A stretch of 64,000 nt of DNA. Origin: an uncultured Terracidiphilus sp. GTDB lineage: Bacteria > Acidobacteriota > Terriglobia > Terriglobales > Acidobacteriaceae. The notes beneath the pieces were generated by a model. The model was not told the DNA's origin. It searched no databases and was given only the letters and a program-made list of their open reading frames with translations. Numbering within the stretch: position 1 is the first letter of the stretch; each line of letters starts with the position of its first letter. This document shows positions 36,443-46,892 of this stretch, one piece after another. The stretch covers positions 4,008 through 68,007 of the forward strand of contig CAZGUD010000032.1 in assembly GCA_964528915.1 (NCBI GenBank). Reading direction: 5' to 3'. The position numbers and the translations under genes were made by a program.

Positions 36443-38572
36443 GTGCAGGTGAACAAGTTGATAGGAATGCAATTGGCGCGCAGCGTTGCGATTGTCTTAA
36501 TGTGCGCCGGAGCTGCCGCAGGACAGACTCCGAGATTGAATGAACCAATAGCGTCTGGTCCGCACCTGCAGGACGCGGACAGCAACAACGCGCCACCCCT
36601 TGAAGCATTTCGCGTCTTGCCACCGGCCGGTGCTGAGGGTCCGCAGATTACGCCATATCTCCTCTATCAAACTGGGCTCGCATGGGACCAAGATAAGCTG
36701 CGATTGAACCGTTGGTCACAGGTAAGAAACCAAGACGACTTACTGCAGTTGCGCGCGGAATTGCGAAAGTCGCTTCTATCTATGATTGGCGGTCTGCCTG
36801 CTGTGAAGACAGACCTGCACGCAACTACCACCGGCACTGTTTCAGCCACCGGGTTTCATATTGACAAACTCGTTTATCAAAGCCTCCCAGGATTTTATGT
36901 GACGGCTCTAGTCTATGTGCCCGAGAACGGCGAAACGGTGCATCCCGCGGTATTGGTTCCTGCGGGGCACTCGCCTAACGGGAAAAGTCACTACCAGTCG
37001 CTCTGTCAGAGGTTAGTTTTGCGCGGCTATCTCGTTATAAGCTGGGATCCGGTGGGGCAGGGCGAACGCAGCCAGTTCTGGGATGCAACCAAAAAGAAGA
37101 GCCGTTACAACATGGTTTGCGGCGAACACGCCGTCATGGGTAACCTGGCCTATCTTGCCGGAGCGAATTTGGCCCGATGGGAAGCATGGGACGGAATTCG
37201 CGCTGTAGATTATCTGCTCACCCGCAATGACGTTGACAGTGAGAGGATCAGCATCACGGGAACCAGCGGTGGGGGCTTCCAGACTGCGTTGCTGGGCGCG
37301 CTGGATGAGCGCATCAAGGTTATAATCCCGTCTTGCTATATCACGGCGCTTCCTATGCGCGTCGAAAACCGCATCTTTGCCGATTACGACAGCGATCCCG
37401 AACAGGATCTCTTCGGACTTATATCGAGCGGCGTGGATAATGCGGGCATGCTATTGATGATGTACCCACGCGCAGTCATGGTGGCAACTGCCGCTCTCGA
37501 TTTCTTTCCTGTCGAAGGCGCTCATAAATCCTATTCTGAAGTTAGCGCATTCTACCAGCGATTTGGACACGCCGACCGAATTGAATTCGCTGAAAGCTAC
37601 AACCGGCATGAGTATTCCTTAAAGAATCAGGAAGCGGCGTTGAACTTTCTCGATCGCTTCAATAACATGCCGATACGCCACGGTCTTCCACCCGTAACCG
37701 AATTCAGCGATGCCAACCTGCAGGTCACAAAAAGCGGACAGGTATTACTTGACTTTCCCGACGGTCAATCGCTTCTGCGTTTGATAGCGGCCTATCCCGC
37801 AGAAGTTTCGCATCGTAATGAAGAATCACTGGCCGAGATGTACCGGAGTGAACAGGATCCCGATATCGCCTCCTGGACAGTCAGTCGCTATACAGGCGCT
37901 TCCTCCGATAGAGAACTGGGATGGGAAGCCGTCGGCACCAGCACGGCCGGTAATATCCGGATTGATCGCTATGTGCTTCATCACAGCACTTATCTTGAGA
38001 TGCCACTTCTCCATATTCACAGCGATGGCAACCATCCCCGGGGAGCTGTCCTTTGGTTCACCCTTGATGGTAAGGTTTCGGAAAAAGACTGGCCAAGGGT
38101 TTCCAGCTTGATAAGTGACGGTTATGAAATATTCTCATTTGACTTTCGCGGGCTGGGTGAAACCAGCATGAACTATCGAGTTGACAGCTCGGATAACTCA
38201 AATCCAGCACGGGATAACTTTGACGATGCGTATATTAATCCCCTGGGAAGTGTTTTGGCTGACTATATCTATAACTCGTTACTCACTGGGCGGCCATACT
38301 TTCTCCAGTTATTGGACGATATTACAATAGCCGAACTCTTCGTTCGCAGCCGGAATGCGGGCGCATCTCAGGAGCCTTTGACGCTGGCCGCAACTGGCGA
38401 TGCATATACGGTAGCAATTCGGTTCAAGGAAGTCGACCCACAAGTACAAATACTTCCGCCAGAATCCGCGACCATGGTGGATTGGTCCACGCTGGTGGCT
38501 CAGGGCCGGGAACAGTGGCCTATAGCGTTTCTTTTACCGTCAGGAGCCTCTATTTCTGCACCATCGAAATAG
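36443..38572 (+). CDS. Secreted alpha/beta-hydrolase, acetylxylan-esterase-like
   Basis: LVPAGHS, DPVGQGER, DGIRAVDYL, nucleophile elbow GTSGGG and DFFP. The start may be ATG 36467. Confidence 0.8.
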   Translation: MQVNKLIGMQLARSVAIVLMCAGAAAGQTPRLNEPIASGPHLQDADSNNAPPLEAFRVLPPAGAEGPQITPYLLYQTGLAWDQDKLRLNRWSQVRNQDDLLQLRAELRKSLLSMIGGLPAVKTDLHATTTGTVSATGFHIDKLVYQSLPGFYVTALVYVPENGETVHPAVLVPAGHSPNGKSHYQSLCQRLVLRGYLVISWDPVGQGERSQFWDATKKKSRYNMVCGEHAVMGNLAYLAGANLARWEAWDGIRAVDYLLTRNDVDSERISITGTSGGGFQTALLGALDERIKVIIPSCYITALPMRVENRIFADYDSDPEQDLFGLISSGVDNAGMLLMMYPRAVMVATAALDFFPVEGAHKSYSEVSAFYQRFGHADRIEFAESYNRHEYSLKNQEAALNFLDRFNNMPIRHGLPPVTEFSDANLQVTKSGQVLLDFPDGQSLLRLIAAYPAEVSHRNEESLAEMYRSEQDPDIASWTVSRYTGASSDRELGWEAVGTSTAGNIRIDRYVLHHSTYLEMPLLHIHSDGNHPRGAVLWFTLDGKVSEKDWPRVSSLISDGYEIFSFDFRGLGETSMNYRVDSSDNSNPARDNFDDAYINPLGSVLADYIYNSLLTGRPYFLQLLDDITIAELFVRSRNAGASQEPLTLAATGDAYTVAIRFKEVDPQVQILPPESATMVDWSTLVAQGREQWPIAFLLPSGASISAPSK

Positions 38573-38654
38573 GCTTGTGCTCGCGGGGTTTTGCGACTGA
38601 GGATCGGCATTGTCGGAGCTGGACTTAGCCAGTCCGCAATGTTCTCGCCCGCCA

Positions 38655-41021
38655 CTAATGGGCGATCGGAACGGGAGTTACGTCGGCTTCGGGCGGGTTC
38701 GCGGCGCCCTTGGCTGGTCCATGCCACACTCCCCCGCCGTACGTGGTGATGTAAATCTTGCCGGGGTCGTTTGGATCAGGAATGATACGATTCCCTTGCT
38801 TGAAATCGTAACCTTCGATGCGCAACCAATGGGCGCCAAGGTCCGTGGAGCGGTAGGCGGCGGTGTCGGAGCCGCAGATATAGAGTGTGTCAGGATGGCG
38901 GGGATCGATGGTCAGGTCGTAGACATGTTGCGCTTGAGTGAAGAGCCTATGCCACGTCTTACCACCGTCGTCAGAGGCAAACACGCCGCCGTTCTGGTCG
39001 GCGATATCGCCCATCTGTCCCCATGCGGTAAGGTATAGGCGCTGGGGATTTCGAGGGTCGATCTCCAGACCTGTTGGGCCTGTAACACCCGCAGGCAGAT
39101 CGATGCGCTGCCAGTGCTCCGCCTTGTCCGTCGAGCGGTAGAGGGCGCCAGAGCCTGACGGAGAATGATCGAAGCCTTCGTTGCGGCGAGAGATAACCAG
39201 GTACAAAGCGCCGTCCTGAGAGACGGTAATGCGCCAGGCGAGAGGTTCGTCGCCAAAGATGCCGGCGTTCTTCTGCGTCCAGGTGCGGCCATTGTCGGTT
39301 GACTTATAAACACCGCGGCCGAAGGCGCATGCGTAAAGGGTGCGGCTGCCGGCTGGGCTCGACGGGTCGAGGAGGATGTGAGTAATTGAGTCCTGCGGAA
39401 TGCCGGTACCGCTCGGCTGCCAATGATTTCCGCCATCGGTTGAGACTGCAACTCCGCCCGTGAAGTTCCGGACGCCGCGCCCGCGCCACATTTTAGGGTG
39501 AGGCAGATCGTGAGTGCCACTGAAAGCGCCCCATAGCAGGCCCCGCTGTCCAGGATCAAAAGCCAGCCAGTAAGTGGTGTTGCGCCAGTTATCAGGTACA
39601 CCTTCAGACGTGCTGCGCCAGGAGTAACCGCCATTAGTGCTCTGGAAAAGACCGATGTCGGTGTTATCCATATATATGTGCTGTGAGTCGAAGGGATCGA
39701 ACTGGACCCCGTAGTTAGTAGTTACATCCAGGCCACGAGAGGTCCAACTGCCATCGCTCAGTTCCTTTGAGTTAACTTCTTGCCAGCTTGCGCCGCCATC
39801 GAGGGTGCGATAAGTGCGGAAGAGGTCAGTCGCGTAGGCTACATCCGGGTCAGTGGGCGCGACACCAAGACTATCTGGTGCGTCGAACCAAATGTCGCCG
39901 CTACTCTGCCTGGCGCGCTGCTCTATCCAGCTTACTCTCAAGTTAGCAGCAGGCTGGTTTGATTCCTTGAAGACAATCTTCCATGTCTGGCCGCCGTCAA
40001 TTGTCTTAGCGATGCCGTTGAACAGGTTCTCATTCCCCGCGCCGAGTTGAAGGCCTCTGAACCCCACATAAGCAACCTGGGGATGCGAATCACTGGCGGC
40101 GATGGCCTCAAACTTTCCGGAACTCTGCTGGAACGCTGGCGTTATCGTTCTCCAGTTCACGCCCGAATCCTGAGAGAGATAGACTTTTCCGTTCTCGCCG
40201 GTTGCGTATATCCACATCTCGCCGCCGGAGCGGGCCGTGCTGGCTGCGTGGATCGGTGATGGTATGACGCCCAATTGAGTGATCGCTCCATCGGGGGCGA
40301 CACGATATGTTGAGGCTCCTGACACGGCGATCACGCCATGTCCTTTCGCTGTCAGAAGCAGGACCCGCTGTGGCAACGCGGCAAGGCGATTCCACGAGAT
40401 GCCGCCGTCTGCCGATGCAACCAGCACTGCTCCATCGTCTCGTCCTCCGCTCGCCGCATCTAGTCTGGAGTGCCCGCTTGGCTGAAATGAAAGATAAATA
40501 TGTTCATGACTTCCGGGAGTATTTTTCGCTTTGCCTTCAGCAGCAATCGCGATTGCTGTAATATCTCCGCCGGGATAAGCAGGGTCGCCGGTAGTGAGGC
40601 TGTAATTAGCGCGGTCGCCGATTAAATGCTCGACGGTGTCGCGCGCTGGATTGGGAAACATCATCTTCCAACTTCGTCCTGAGTCGCTGCTCCGCCAAAG
40701 CGCGGCGTTCGCTGCATAGATCACCTGCGGGTCCACTGGATCGAAGACGAATGCGGCGATTTGCTCGCGAAGATTGAACATGCGCCACGACTCGCCGTTG
40801 TCGCGCGTAATGTAATTGCCGGTCATGTCGCAATGCTCAACCACCAGCCGCGAATCGTGAGGGCTGATGGTTGGAAAGTAGGTAGTGCCGCCACCGCCCG
40901 GACCGATGATCTCCCAACGCTCTGTTTGCGGTTTTTGACCGTGACTGGTAATGGCGGTCAAAGAAAGCAGGGCCGCCAGGCAAGAGGCTGGTCCAATTCG
41001 CACATTCGGGATCATTCGCAC
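38655..41021 (-). CDS. Secreted BNR/Asp-box beta-propeller protein (GH74/VPS10-like), paralog A
   Basis: IGPGGGG, CDMTG, many S.DGG..W Asp-boxes and TYGGGVW; signal peptide. Confidence 0.85.
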   Translation of the reverse strand: MRMIPNVRIGPASCLAALLSLTAITSHGQKPQTERWEIIGPGGGGTTYFPTISPHDSRLVVEHCDMTGNYITRDNGESWRMFNLREQIAAFVFDPVDPQVIYAANAALWRSSDSGRSWKMMFPNPARDTVEHLIGDRANYSLTTGDPAYPGGDITAIAIAAEGKAKNTPGSHEHIYLSFQPSGHSRLDAASGGRDDGAVLVASADGGISWNRLAALPQRVLLLTAKGHGVIAVSGASTYRVAPDGAITQLGVIPSPIHAASTARSGGEMWIYATGENGKVYLSQDSGVNWRTITPAFQQSSGKFEAIAASDSHPQVAYVGFRGLQLGAGNENLFNGIAKTIDGGQTWKIVFKESNQPAANLRVSWIEQRARQSSGDIWFDAPDSLGVAPTDPDVAYATDLFRTYRTLDGGASWQEVNSKELSDGSWTSRGLDVTTNYGVQFDPFDSQHIYMDNTDIGLFQSTNGGYSWRSTSEGVPDNWRNTTYWLAFDPGQRGLLWGAFSGTHDLPHPKMWRGRGVRNFTGGVAVSTDGGNHWQPSGTGIPQDSITHILLDPSSPAGSRTLYACAFGRGVYKSTDNGRTWTQKNAGIFGDEPLAWRITVSQDGALYLVISRRNEGFDHSPSGSGALYRSTDKAEHWQRIDLPAGVTGPTGLEIDPRNPQRLYLTAWGQMGDIADQNGGVFASDDGGKTWHRLFTQAQHVYDLTIDPRHPDTLYICGSDTAAYRSTDLGAHWLRIEGYDFKQGNRIIPDPNDPGKIYITTYGGGVWHGPAKGAANPPEADVTPVPIAH

Positions 41022-41228
41022 AGTTTTCTAATTCCTTTCAGTTCAGACCGGCTCGACAAACGCCGTGAGCGAGATAAGTGGGGCTCGGCACTTGCGGGTC
41101 TTCCGCGATTTCTGTTCGCAGACTTCTTTCTTGACGGCAGCAGGTCTGGGTGCTAGCTTGATCTGTTTGCCCAGCATTAGTCGCCATCGGCATAAGCGGC
41201 GTGTTGAAGGGCAGTTACTCGCCAGGAG

Positions 41229-42176
41229 ATGACAATGCGATCCATGATAAGTCGTCGTCAATTTGTAACAACCGTCGGGCTGGGAGCTATGGCCGGCGCA
41301 GGCGTGAAAGTAACTGGGGCGCAGGCTGACGCCACCCCTCAGCCGGGTATCACCACAGGTAAATCGAAGTTGGCAAGACTGCTTACTGGTTGCTGCGCCT
41401 ACTCCTACGATAAGGACCTCAGGCACGGCCCCATGACCATGGAAGACTTCATCCTGAAGGCGGTAGAACTTCGCCTGGTTGGCGTCGACATGACGGCCTA
41501 TTACCTCAAGTCGACTGAACCGGAGTATCTGCATAGCCTGCGCCATTTGGCCTATCAACACGCCCTGTCTTTTTCGGGAGCGGCGTGCGGCGTCAGCATG
41601 GTACAGCCCGATGCGGCAAAGCGCGCGGACAGTCTCAGCGAGATCGAGAAATGGGTCGATGTTACAGAACAACTCGGAGCTTCTCATTTAAGAATCTTTG
41701 CCGGCAAGTTACCAGAAGGCGTCGGCCTGAGTGACGCCATAACCTGGGTGGTTGAAGCGATGAAGGCCGCCTGTGAGTATTCCGGCCGGAAAGGCATCAC
41801 GCTTGGCGTTGAAGACCACGAAGGCGTAACCCAGAACGCGAGCGTATGCGTTGAAATCATGCAGCGCGTGAATTCGCCTTACGCGGGCATCAACCTCGAC
41901 ATCACAAATTTCATCGCTACCAAGGATCAGGATGCCTACGCCCAGATTGCAACGTGTATCCCCTACGCCACCAATATTCACATCCGCGACCACTTTTACG
42001 ATGGCACTCCTGTAGATATGGACCGCGTGTGGCAAATCTTTGCGCAAGCCGGCCACCAGGGTTATGTATCGGCCGAGTATGAATCCACTTCCTCCGGCAG
42101 CCTGCCTCCTGCTACTGGCGTGCCCAAATTGGTTGAAAAAATCCAGGCGCTCTGCAAGAAATACTCCAGTGTCTAG
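41229..42176 (+). CDS. Tat-exported xylose-isomerase-like TIM-barrel (AP_endonuc_2) sugar isomerase/lyase
   Basis: SRRQFV leader, AYSY, LRIFAG, LGVEDH, NLDITNF, HIRD and SAEYE. Confidence 0.85.
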   Translation: MTMRSMISRRQFVTTVGLGAMAGAGVKVTGAQADATPQPGITTGKSKLARLLTGCCAYSYDKDLRHGPMTMEDFILKAVELRLVGVDMTAYYLKSTEPEYLHSLRHLAYQHALSFSGAACGVSMVQPDAAKRADSLSEIEKWVDVTEQLGASHLRIFAGKLPEGVGLSDAITWVVEAMKAACEYSGRKGITLGVEDHEGVTQNASVCVEIMQRVNSPYAGINLDITNFIATKDQDAYAQIATCIPYATNIHIRDHFYDGTPVDMDRVWQIFAQAGHQGYVSAEYESTSSGSLPPATGVPKLVEKIQALCKKYSSV

Positions 42177-42229
42177 AGTCTCTCTAAGCCCTCATCGGCC
42201 CTATCAACTGCTGCCCCGCGGTCCGTTCT

Positions 42230-43435
42230 TTATACTGAGAGCCGAAGTTCGCGCGCTGCATTCGCGTTGTATACCTTGCGCAGAATGTCCTCTGGAAGGT
42301 TGATTCCGTAGATGCGCCAACGACCCTGCGGCGGCACCTTGGCCGGAGCATAATCGAAATACTCATCGTCCGTTTCAAGAAATCGAAAATAGATTTCATA
42401 GAGCTCGTCGCCGAACAATTGCTGCGGATAGTTGCTGGCATGCGGCGTGGCGTCGGTCCCAAAGAGAATCCTGTCTTGATATTTCTCAAAGAAAGCGCGC
42501 GATGCTCGCGGCTGCCGTCCCAACTCTCCAATCCGCGCCGCGGTGTCGACAGTCATATTCGTAAAACGGTCGAGGTTCGCGGAGACATTGTCGAGATTCT
42601 CAGCGAAGTTGCCTACGTGCAGCACGATGAAGTGCGTGCGGGGATGGCGGGCGATCACCCGATTTCGTGCCTCGATCAATTCCGCATTGCTGGGAAAGTC
42701 TCGCCCGTAGAAAGACCAGTCCGGATGGTTATTCAACTCTTCAAAGCGCTCGTTGAACCGGTCAGTTGGCGTAAAAAACGCGATGGGGTCGGAGATATGG
42801 ATCGCGACGGGCATGTTCAATTGTCCGCACGCGTCCCACATGGGATCGAATCTCGGATCGTCGATTTTCACCAGTTTTCCGGTAGTGATGTTATCGCGCA
42901 GATAGAGGCCGAGGGTCTTGAGAATCTTGAGCCCATGCGCCCCGTCACGACGCGCTTGCTGGATTGCCTCGGCCTGGATACGAGGATAATCGGGCTCGAG
43001 GAGCCGTGCGTAGTTTGGCTCGGTAAAAGTGTAGAAACGATCGCGATAACTCCGATCGTATCTGCGAATGGTTTCAGTCAAACCGGAATCGAATCCTCCG
43101 GTAAGATTCACCATCGAGCGAATGTTCTTGCGCTCCATCCCTGCGATCAACTCGCCGGGTGCGGCGTGGAAATCCCGTTCCGCGCCCAGGTCAACCCCGT
43201 TGACGGACTTACTCGACTCCGTAATGTGGGTGTGAATATCGATCACCGGGAAGCGCGCTCGCTCGACTCTTGTCTGGCGCGTGTGCAACATGCTGGTGGG
43301 CTGATAGTCGGGAAGATTGAGCATGGCGGGCTTCGGTTGTTCATCGTCGCGTGGGGATGGCTTCACTCCCGCGTGCGCTGCGACGCCTGATACCAGTCCC
43401 ATGCCCGTTCCGTACAACAATTGGCGACGATTCAT
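42230..43435 (-). CDS. Amidohydrolase_2 family protein with Tat-like signal
   Basis: NRRQLL leader, VIDIHTH, GLKILK, VAIH, LHVG and ILFGTD. Confidence 0.85.
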   Translation of the reverse strand: MNRRQLLYGTGMGLVSGVAAHAGVKPSPRDDEQPKPAMLNLPDYQPTSMLHTRQTRVERARFPVIDIHTHITESSKSVNGVDLGAERDFHAAPGELIAGMERKNIRSMVNLTGGFDSGLTETIRRYDRSYRDRFYTFTEPNYARLLEPDYPRIQAEAIQQARRDGAHGLKILKTLGLYLRDNITTGKLVKIDDPRFDPMWDACGQLNMPVAIHISDPIAFFTPTDRFNERFEELNNHPDWSFYGRDFPSNAELIEARNRVIARHPRTHFIVLHVGNFAENLDNVSANLDRFTNMTVDTAARIGELGRQPRASRAFFEKYQDRILFGTDATPHASNYPQQLFGDELYEIYFRFLETDDEYFDYAPAKVPPQGRWRIYGINLPEDILRKVYNANAARELRLSV

Positions 43436-43472
43436 ACTGCGTCCTCCTCGTGTTCGATAGAGAGCTTCTCGG

Positions 43473-46400
43473 TTACTTGCCAGTTGAAAATTCGCCCAAA
43501 GCCTCCCTGGCCAGATGGTGAGACATGCGAGTATCCGGCAGGATCAACGCTTTCTTGAATGACTCCGTTGCCGCATCGTTGCGGTGAAGCGCTGCCTGCA
43601 ACAGGCCAACGTTATACCACCACAACCCTGAGTTGGCGCTCGTCTCAGAATGGCTTAGCGCTGTGGCCAGGGACGTTTCGAGGTGTTGCTCTGCCTTCTT
43701 CGCGTCGTAAGTGCCAAGATATTTTTGCGCCTCGATCACCCAGGGCACGCTGGTTGAGTCCGCATCGGCCGCGGCCTTTTCGAAAAGTTCCCTGGCCTGC
43801 GTCGCTTGGCCGCAGCTTTGTGCAATTCTGCCCAGTTTCACCGCATCTCGCGCCGAATCTCCATTCAGTTTTATCTCCGCCCGTTCGTCTGCGAGAAAAG
43901 CTTCAGCGGCTTTGCAGCCTTTTGCCTTGGCCCACTCAATGGCCTGCATCAACTTGATCTCGAACAGCACCTGTCCAGAAGTGATTCCGCCCTCTTCGCT
44001 GGGAAAGAAACGATTCTTGAATAGGGCCAGTGCCGGCTCAAACTGCATTGCTTCAGCGCGTGTCAACGCAAGTTGATATGTGAGGTCAGCAGGCATCTTC
44101 GATGCGGCAGCATCGGCGGAGGGGTATTGCGACAGGGCGCTCGCGCGGTCCGCCGCCGATACACCGGTCAGGCTCATTGCCGCGTCCAATCCGGCATATA
44201 TATTCGCATTGTCGGGATCGGTCTGCAGACCTTGGCGATAAGAAGCCAGCGCCCGTTGCGGATCGCCTTTCAACTTCAGGAATGCGTCTCCGAGATCGGC
44301 ATCCACCACATGCAACTCCGGAGAAAGTTGTTTGGCCTGCGCCCAGTGCGCTATTCCGGCATCAATCTGCCCTTTTGAAAAAAGCAGCGTGCCGAACAGG
44401 TAGTGAGCGGTGGCATCTTTCTCGTTCGCTGCGAGCGCGGCCTCCAGCACTGCCCTGTCGGTCTCAGATGAAGGAAAGACGAGACTCGGGGAAAGCTCTG
44501 CGCCGGCCTGCCAGTTCGCTTGTGCATCGACGCCAAGTTTCTGTTTGCAGTACGCGGCGTAATAAAGCACCAACGGATGCTTCTGCGGGAGCACCGAGCC
44601 AGGCTCGCTTTCATCCGCCTTTACCTGGCTGTACGTGCGATTGAGTACTTCAAAAGCGTTTCGATAAAGCCCCAGCCGCATGTATTCGGCTGCAACGCGC
44701 AGCACGCGGTAAGGATCCGCTGCCAGGTGTTCGAGGTCCGCTTTGCCTGTATCTTCTTTCACAAAATCGCTCATCGGGTCCGCAGTTAACGCCAGGTTCG
44801 CCACACGATCTGACTCCTCGCGCTCGCCCGAAGCCCGCAGGACCGCCTCCAACTCTTCCTGCGCGCGAAAGTTCGCCGGCTCTGCGGTGATGGCATCGCT
44901 TAGAAATGAGGCAGCATCTTTCAGATTCCCTTCCCGCGCCCGCAGTTCTCCGAGCCTGATTGCGGCTGCTGCGCGCATGTCAGCTTGACGGTATGCGATC
45001 TCATACGACGTCTCCGCTTCGCGCGCGCGCCCCAGGCCGTCTTCGGCAATTCCCAGGTAATAGGCAATCGTGGAATTGGGTGTGTCGCGTTGTTGCGCCT
45101 GCTTCAGCAATCGCGCCGCATCATCATATCGTTGCAGGCAGGCCGCCAACCTTCCCGCCGCGATCTCAAGCGACTGGCTTTGCGGAAATTTCTCCAGCGC
45201 TTTTTCGTAGGTTGCGGCTGCGAGTATAACTTCGCCGTTCAACTCCTGGTTCCGACCGACCTGCAGCCAGTCGTCTTCCGATCGCGTTGCCGGCTCTGGA
45301 ATCCGCTCAGCTTGCTGCGGCCCAACCTTGATGGTCGCCTCAGGATCCCAATCGTACTCGCCATCGGTTTGCTTCAGCAGCGAGTGGCCCGTGGCATCTT
45401 TCAGCTCGAATGTCATCTTTCCGCCACCTGCCTTGGGTGTGACGGAATGCGACCAAATGTTCTCCGGCTTCAGATCGGTGGTCTCACTCCAAAGAGTGGA
45501 TCCATTCTGTGTCAGCGTGATTTGCCCGCCATTCACGCGCTCATTCACGTTCATTGCAACCGACACATCGGCGCCATGCACATCGAAATGAACAACTCCA
45601 GCCTTGTTGGCGCGCGAGATTCCCCCCGTCCCGCGAACCGGCATCCAGTACTCGCTGAAGCGGATGGTCTGCCCGGGCTCAAGAAACGCATACGTCTCCT
45701 GGTTGCGGAACAGGCCGGCCTGCACTTCGGCATACGCACTCTGGTTGTCAGATAGCGCCGTGCGCCACGCCAGGCCCGCCGGATCCACGCCCCAGGTCCA
45801 GATTTTCTTCGCCGGCAGCTCACGATATTCGGCGTAATGAGCGATCCCGGTCTGCGTATGAGGGCTCCAGATGCCCATGAAAGGTTCATGGCTCCCATGC
45901 ACAAAATACGACACCGGCCCATCGGTCTCGTTCTTGATTATGCTCAGGTCTTTGCCCTGCGCGTCGATTGGCCAGCGATATACATCGGTGTACCCATGTG
46001 AAGCGATAAACCGCATCGGGTAGTCGATTCTCGAATCGTCCCACACCTGCACGCCCGCGTTGTTCCACCAGTAGTACCGATGCCTGACGTCGCTGGGGTT
46101 ATACAGGGTTACTCGCTCTTCAAGCAGAGCTGAGCCGGGTTTCAGAATCAGCTCCACGCCCCATTGCATGCCGTAGGCCCGATCGATATTGCCGACCCAT
46201 ACTGAGGCGGTACCGTCCTCATGGGCCCCATACGCAAAGTCTACCGGCGACATTGAAACCCAGTTATGCGACACCGGAAAATTGAATTCAACCCCGAATG
46301 CGGCCCACGCCCCGCGATAGCCAATCTGCGCCTTCTTGATGGAAGGGTTGGCATAGAACATCGATTGCCCGCTGATCTTGTCGATGCAGGTATAAAGGTG

Positions 46401-46688
46401 GCCGCCAATATCGGGCAGCACCGTGCACTTCAGATACTCGTTCTCAAGAAAAATCGCGCGCCAAGCGTGATCGGTTTTCTCGCCGGTAAGATTCGTTCTG
46501 AGCGTGTAGGGATAATTGAAGCGGCTCGTCTGGTAGGCATCGAACGGCGGGTTCGGATCGGGCTGGCCCTCTTCATAGGTAGGCAGAGTGAAAGTGCCTT
46601 GCCACACTTTGACCTGGGCTCGAACGGGACCGCAAATCAAGGTGAAAATTCCTACCAGCAGCAACGTACAAAAAGAGCTTTTCTTCAC
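43473..46688 (-). CDS. DUF5107 + TPR-repeat protein
   Basis: LENEYL..TVLPDIGGH, GVEFNFP..H, WWNNA, KIWTWG and YAEVQAG, followed by TPRs. GTG 46688 gives a signal peptide. Confidence 0.85.
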   Translation of the reverse strand: MKKSSFCTLLLVGIFTLICGPVRAQVKVWQGTFTLPTYEEGQPDPNPPFDAYQTSRFNYPYTLRTNLTGEKTDHAWRAIFLENEYLKCTVLPDIGGHLYTCIDKISGQSMFYANPSIKKAQIGYRGAWAAFGVEFNFPVSHNWVSMSPVDFAYGAHEDGTASVWVGNIDRAYGMQWGVELILKPGSALLEERVTLYNPSDVRHRYYWWNNAGVQVWDDSRIDYPMRFIASHGYTDVYRWPIDAQGKDLSIIKNETDGPVSYFVHGSHEPFMGIWSPHTQTGIAHYAEYRELPAKKIWTWGVDPAGLAWRTALSDNQSAYAEVQAGLFRNQETYAFLEPGQTIRFSEYWMPVRGTGGISRANKAGVVHFDVHGADVSVAMNVNERVNGGQITLTQNGSTLWSETTDLKPENIWSHSVTPKAGGGKMTFELKDATGHSLLKQTDGEYDWDPEATIKVGPQQAERIPEPATRSEDDWLQVGRNQELNGEVILAAATYEKALEKFPQSQSLEIAAGRLAACLQRYDDAARLLKQAQQRDTPNSTIAYYLGIAEDGLGRAREAETSYEIAYRQADMRAAAAIRLGELRAREGNLKDAASFLSDAITAEPANFRAQEELEAVLRASGEREESDRVANLALTADPMSDFVKEDTGKADLEHLAADPYRVLRVAAEYMRLGLYRNAFEVLNRTYSQVKADESEPGSVLPQKHPLVLYYAAYCKQKLGVDAQANWQAGAELSPSLVFPSSETDRAVLEAALAANEKDATAHYLFGTLLFSKGQIDAGIAHWAQAKQLSPELHVVDADLGDAFLKLKGDPQRALASYRQGLQTDPDNANIYAGLDAAMSLTGVSAADRASALSQYPSADAAASKMPADLTYQLALTRAEAMQFEPALALFKNRFFPSEEGGITSGQVLFEIKLMQAIEWAKAKGCKAAEAFLADERAEIKLNGDSARDAVKLGRIAQSCGQATQARELFEKAAADADSTSVPWVIEAQKYLGTYDAKKAEQHLETSLATALSHSETSANSGLWWYNVGLLQAALHRNDAATESFKKALILPDTRMSHHLAREALGEFSTGK

Positions 46689-46892
46689 GATTGTGACCCT
46701 CTCTTGCCGTCTTGCGGTTTGCTCCCAGCCAATGAGGCCAAGCCGCAAACCTCGAGCACTCACAGAACGAAATTCCTTTTTCTTATCATAGATGAGCTTT
46801 CTTATTCCTTTATAATTCTTTTGACCAATTCAACAGGCCAATTTGAGGCCTGCCCGCCGGGGCCGATGGCCGGGAGATGGAGAACAGTGCGG

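Noticed and set aside
46266..46892. 209-aa N-terminal extension of the 983-aa ORF
   Set aside because: It overlaps the DUF5107 gene antisense. The signal peptide and paralog alignment start at ATG 46893.
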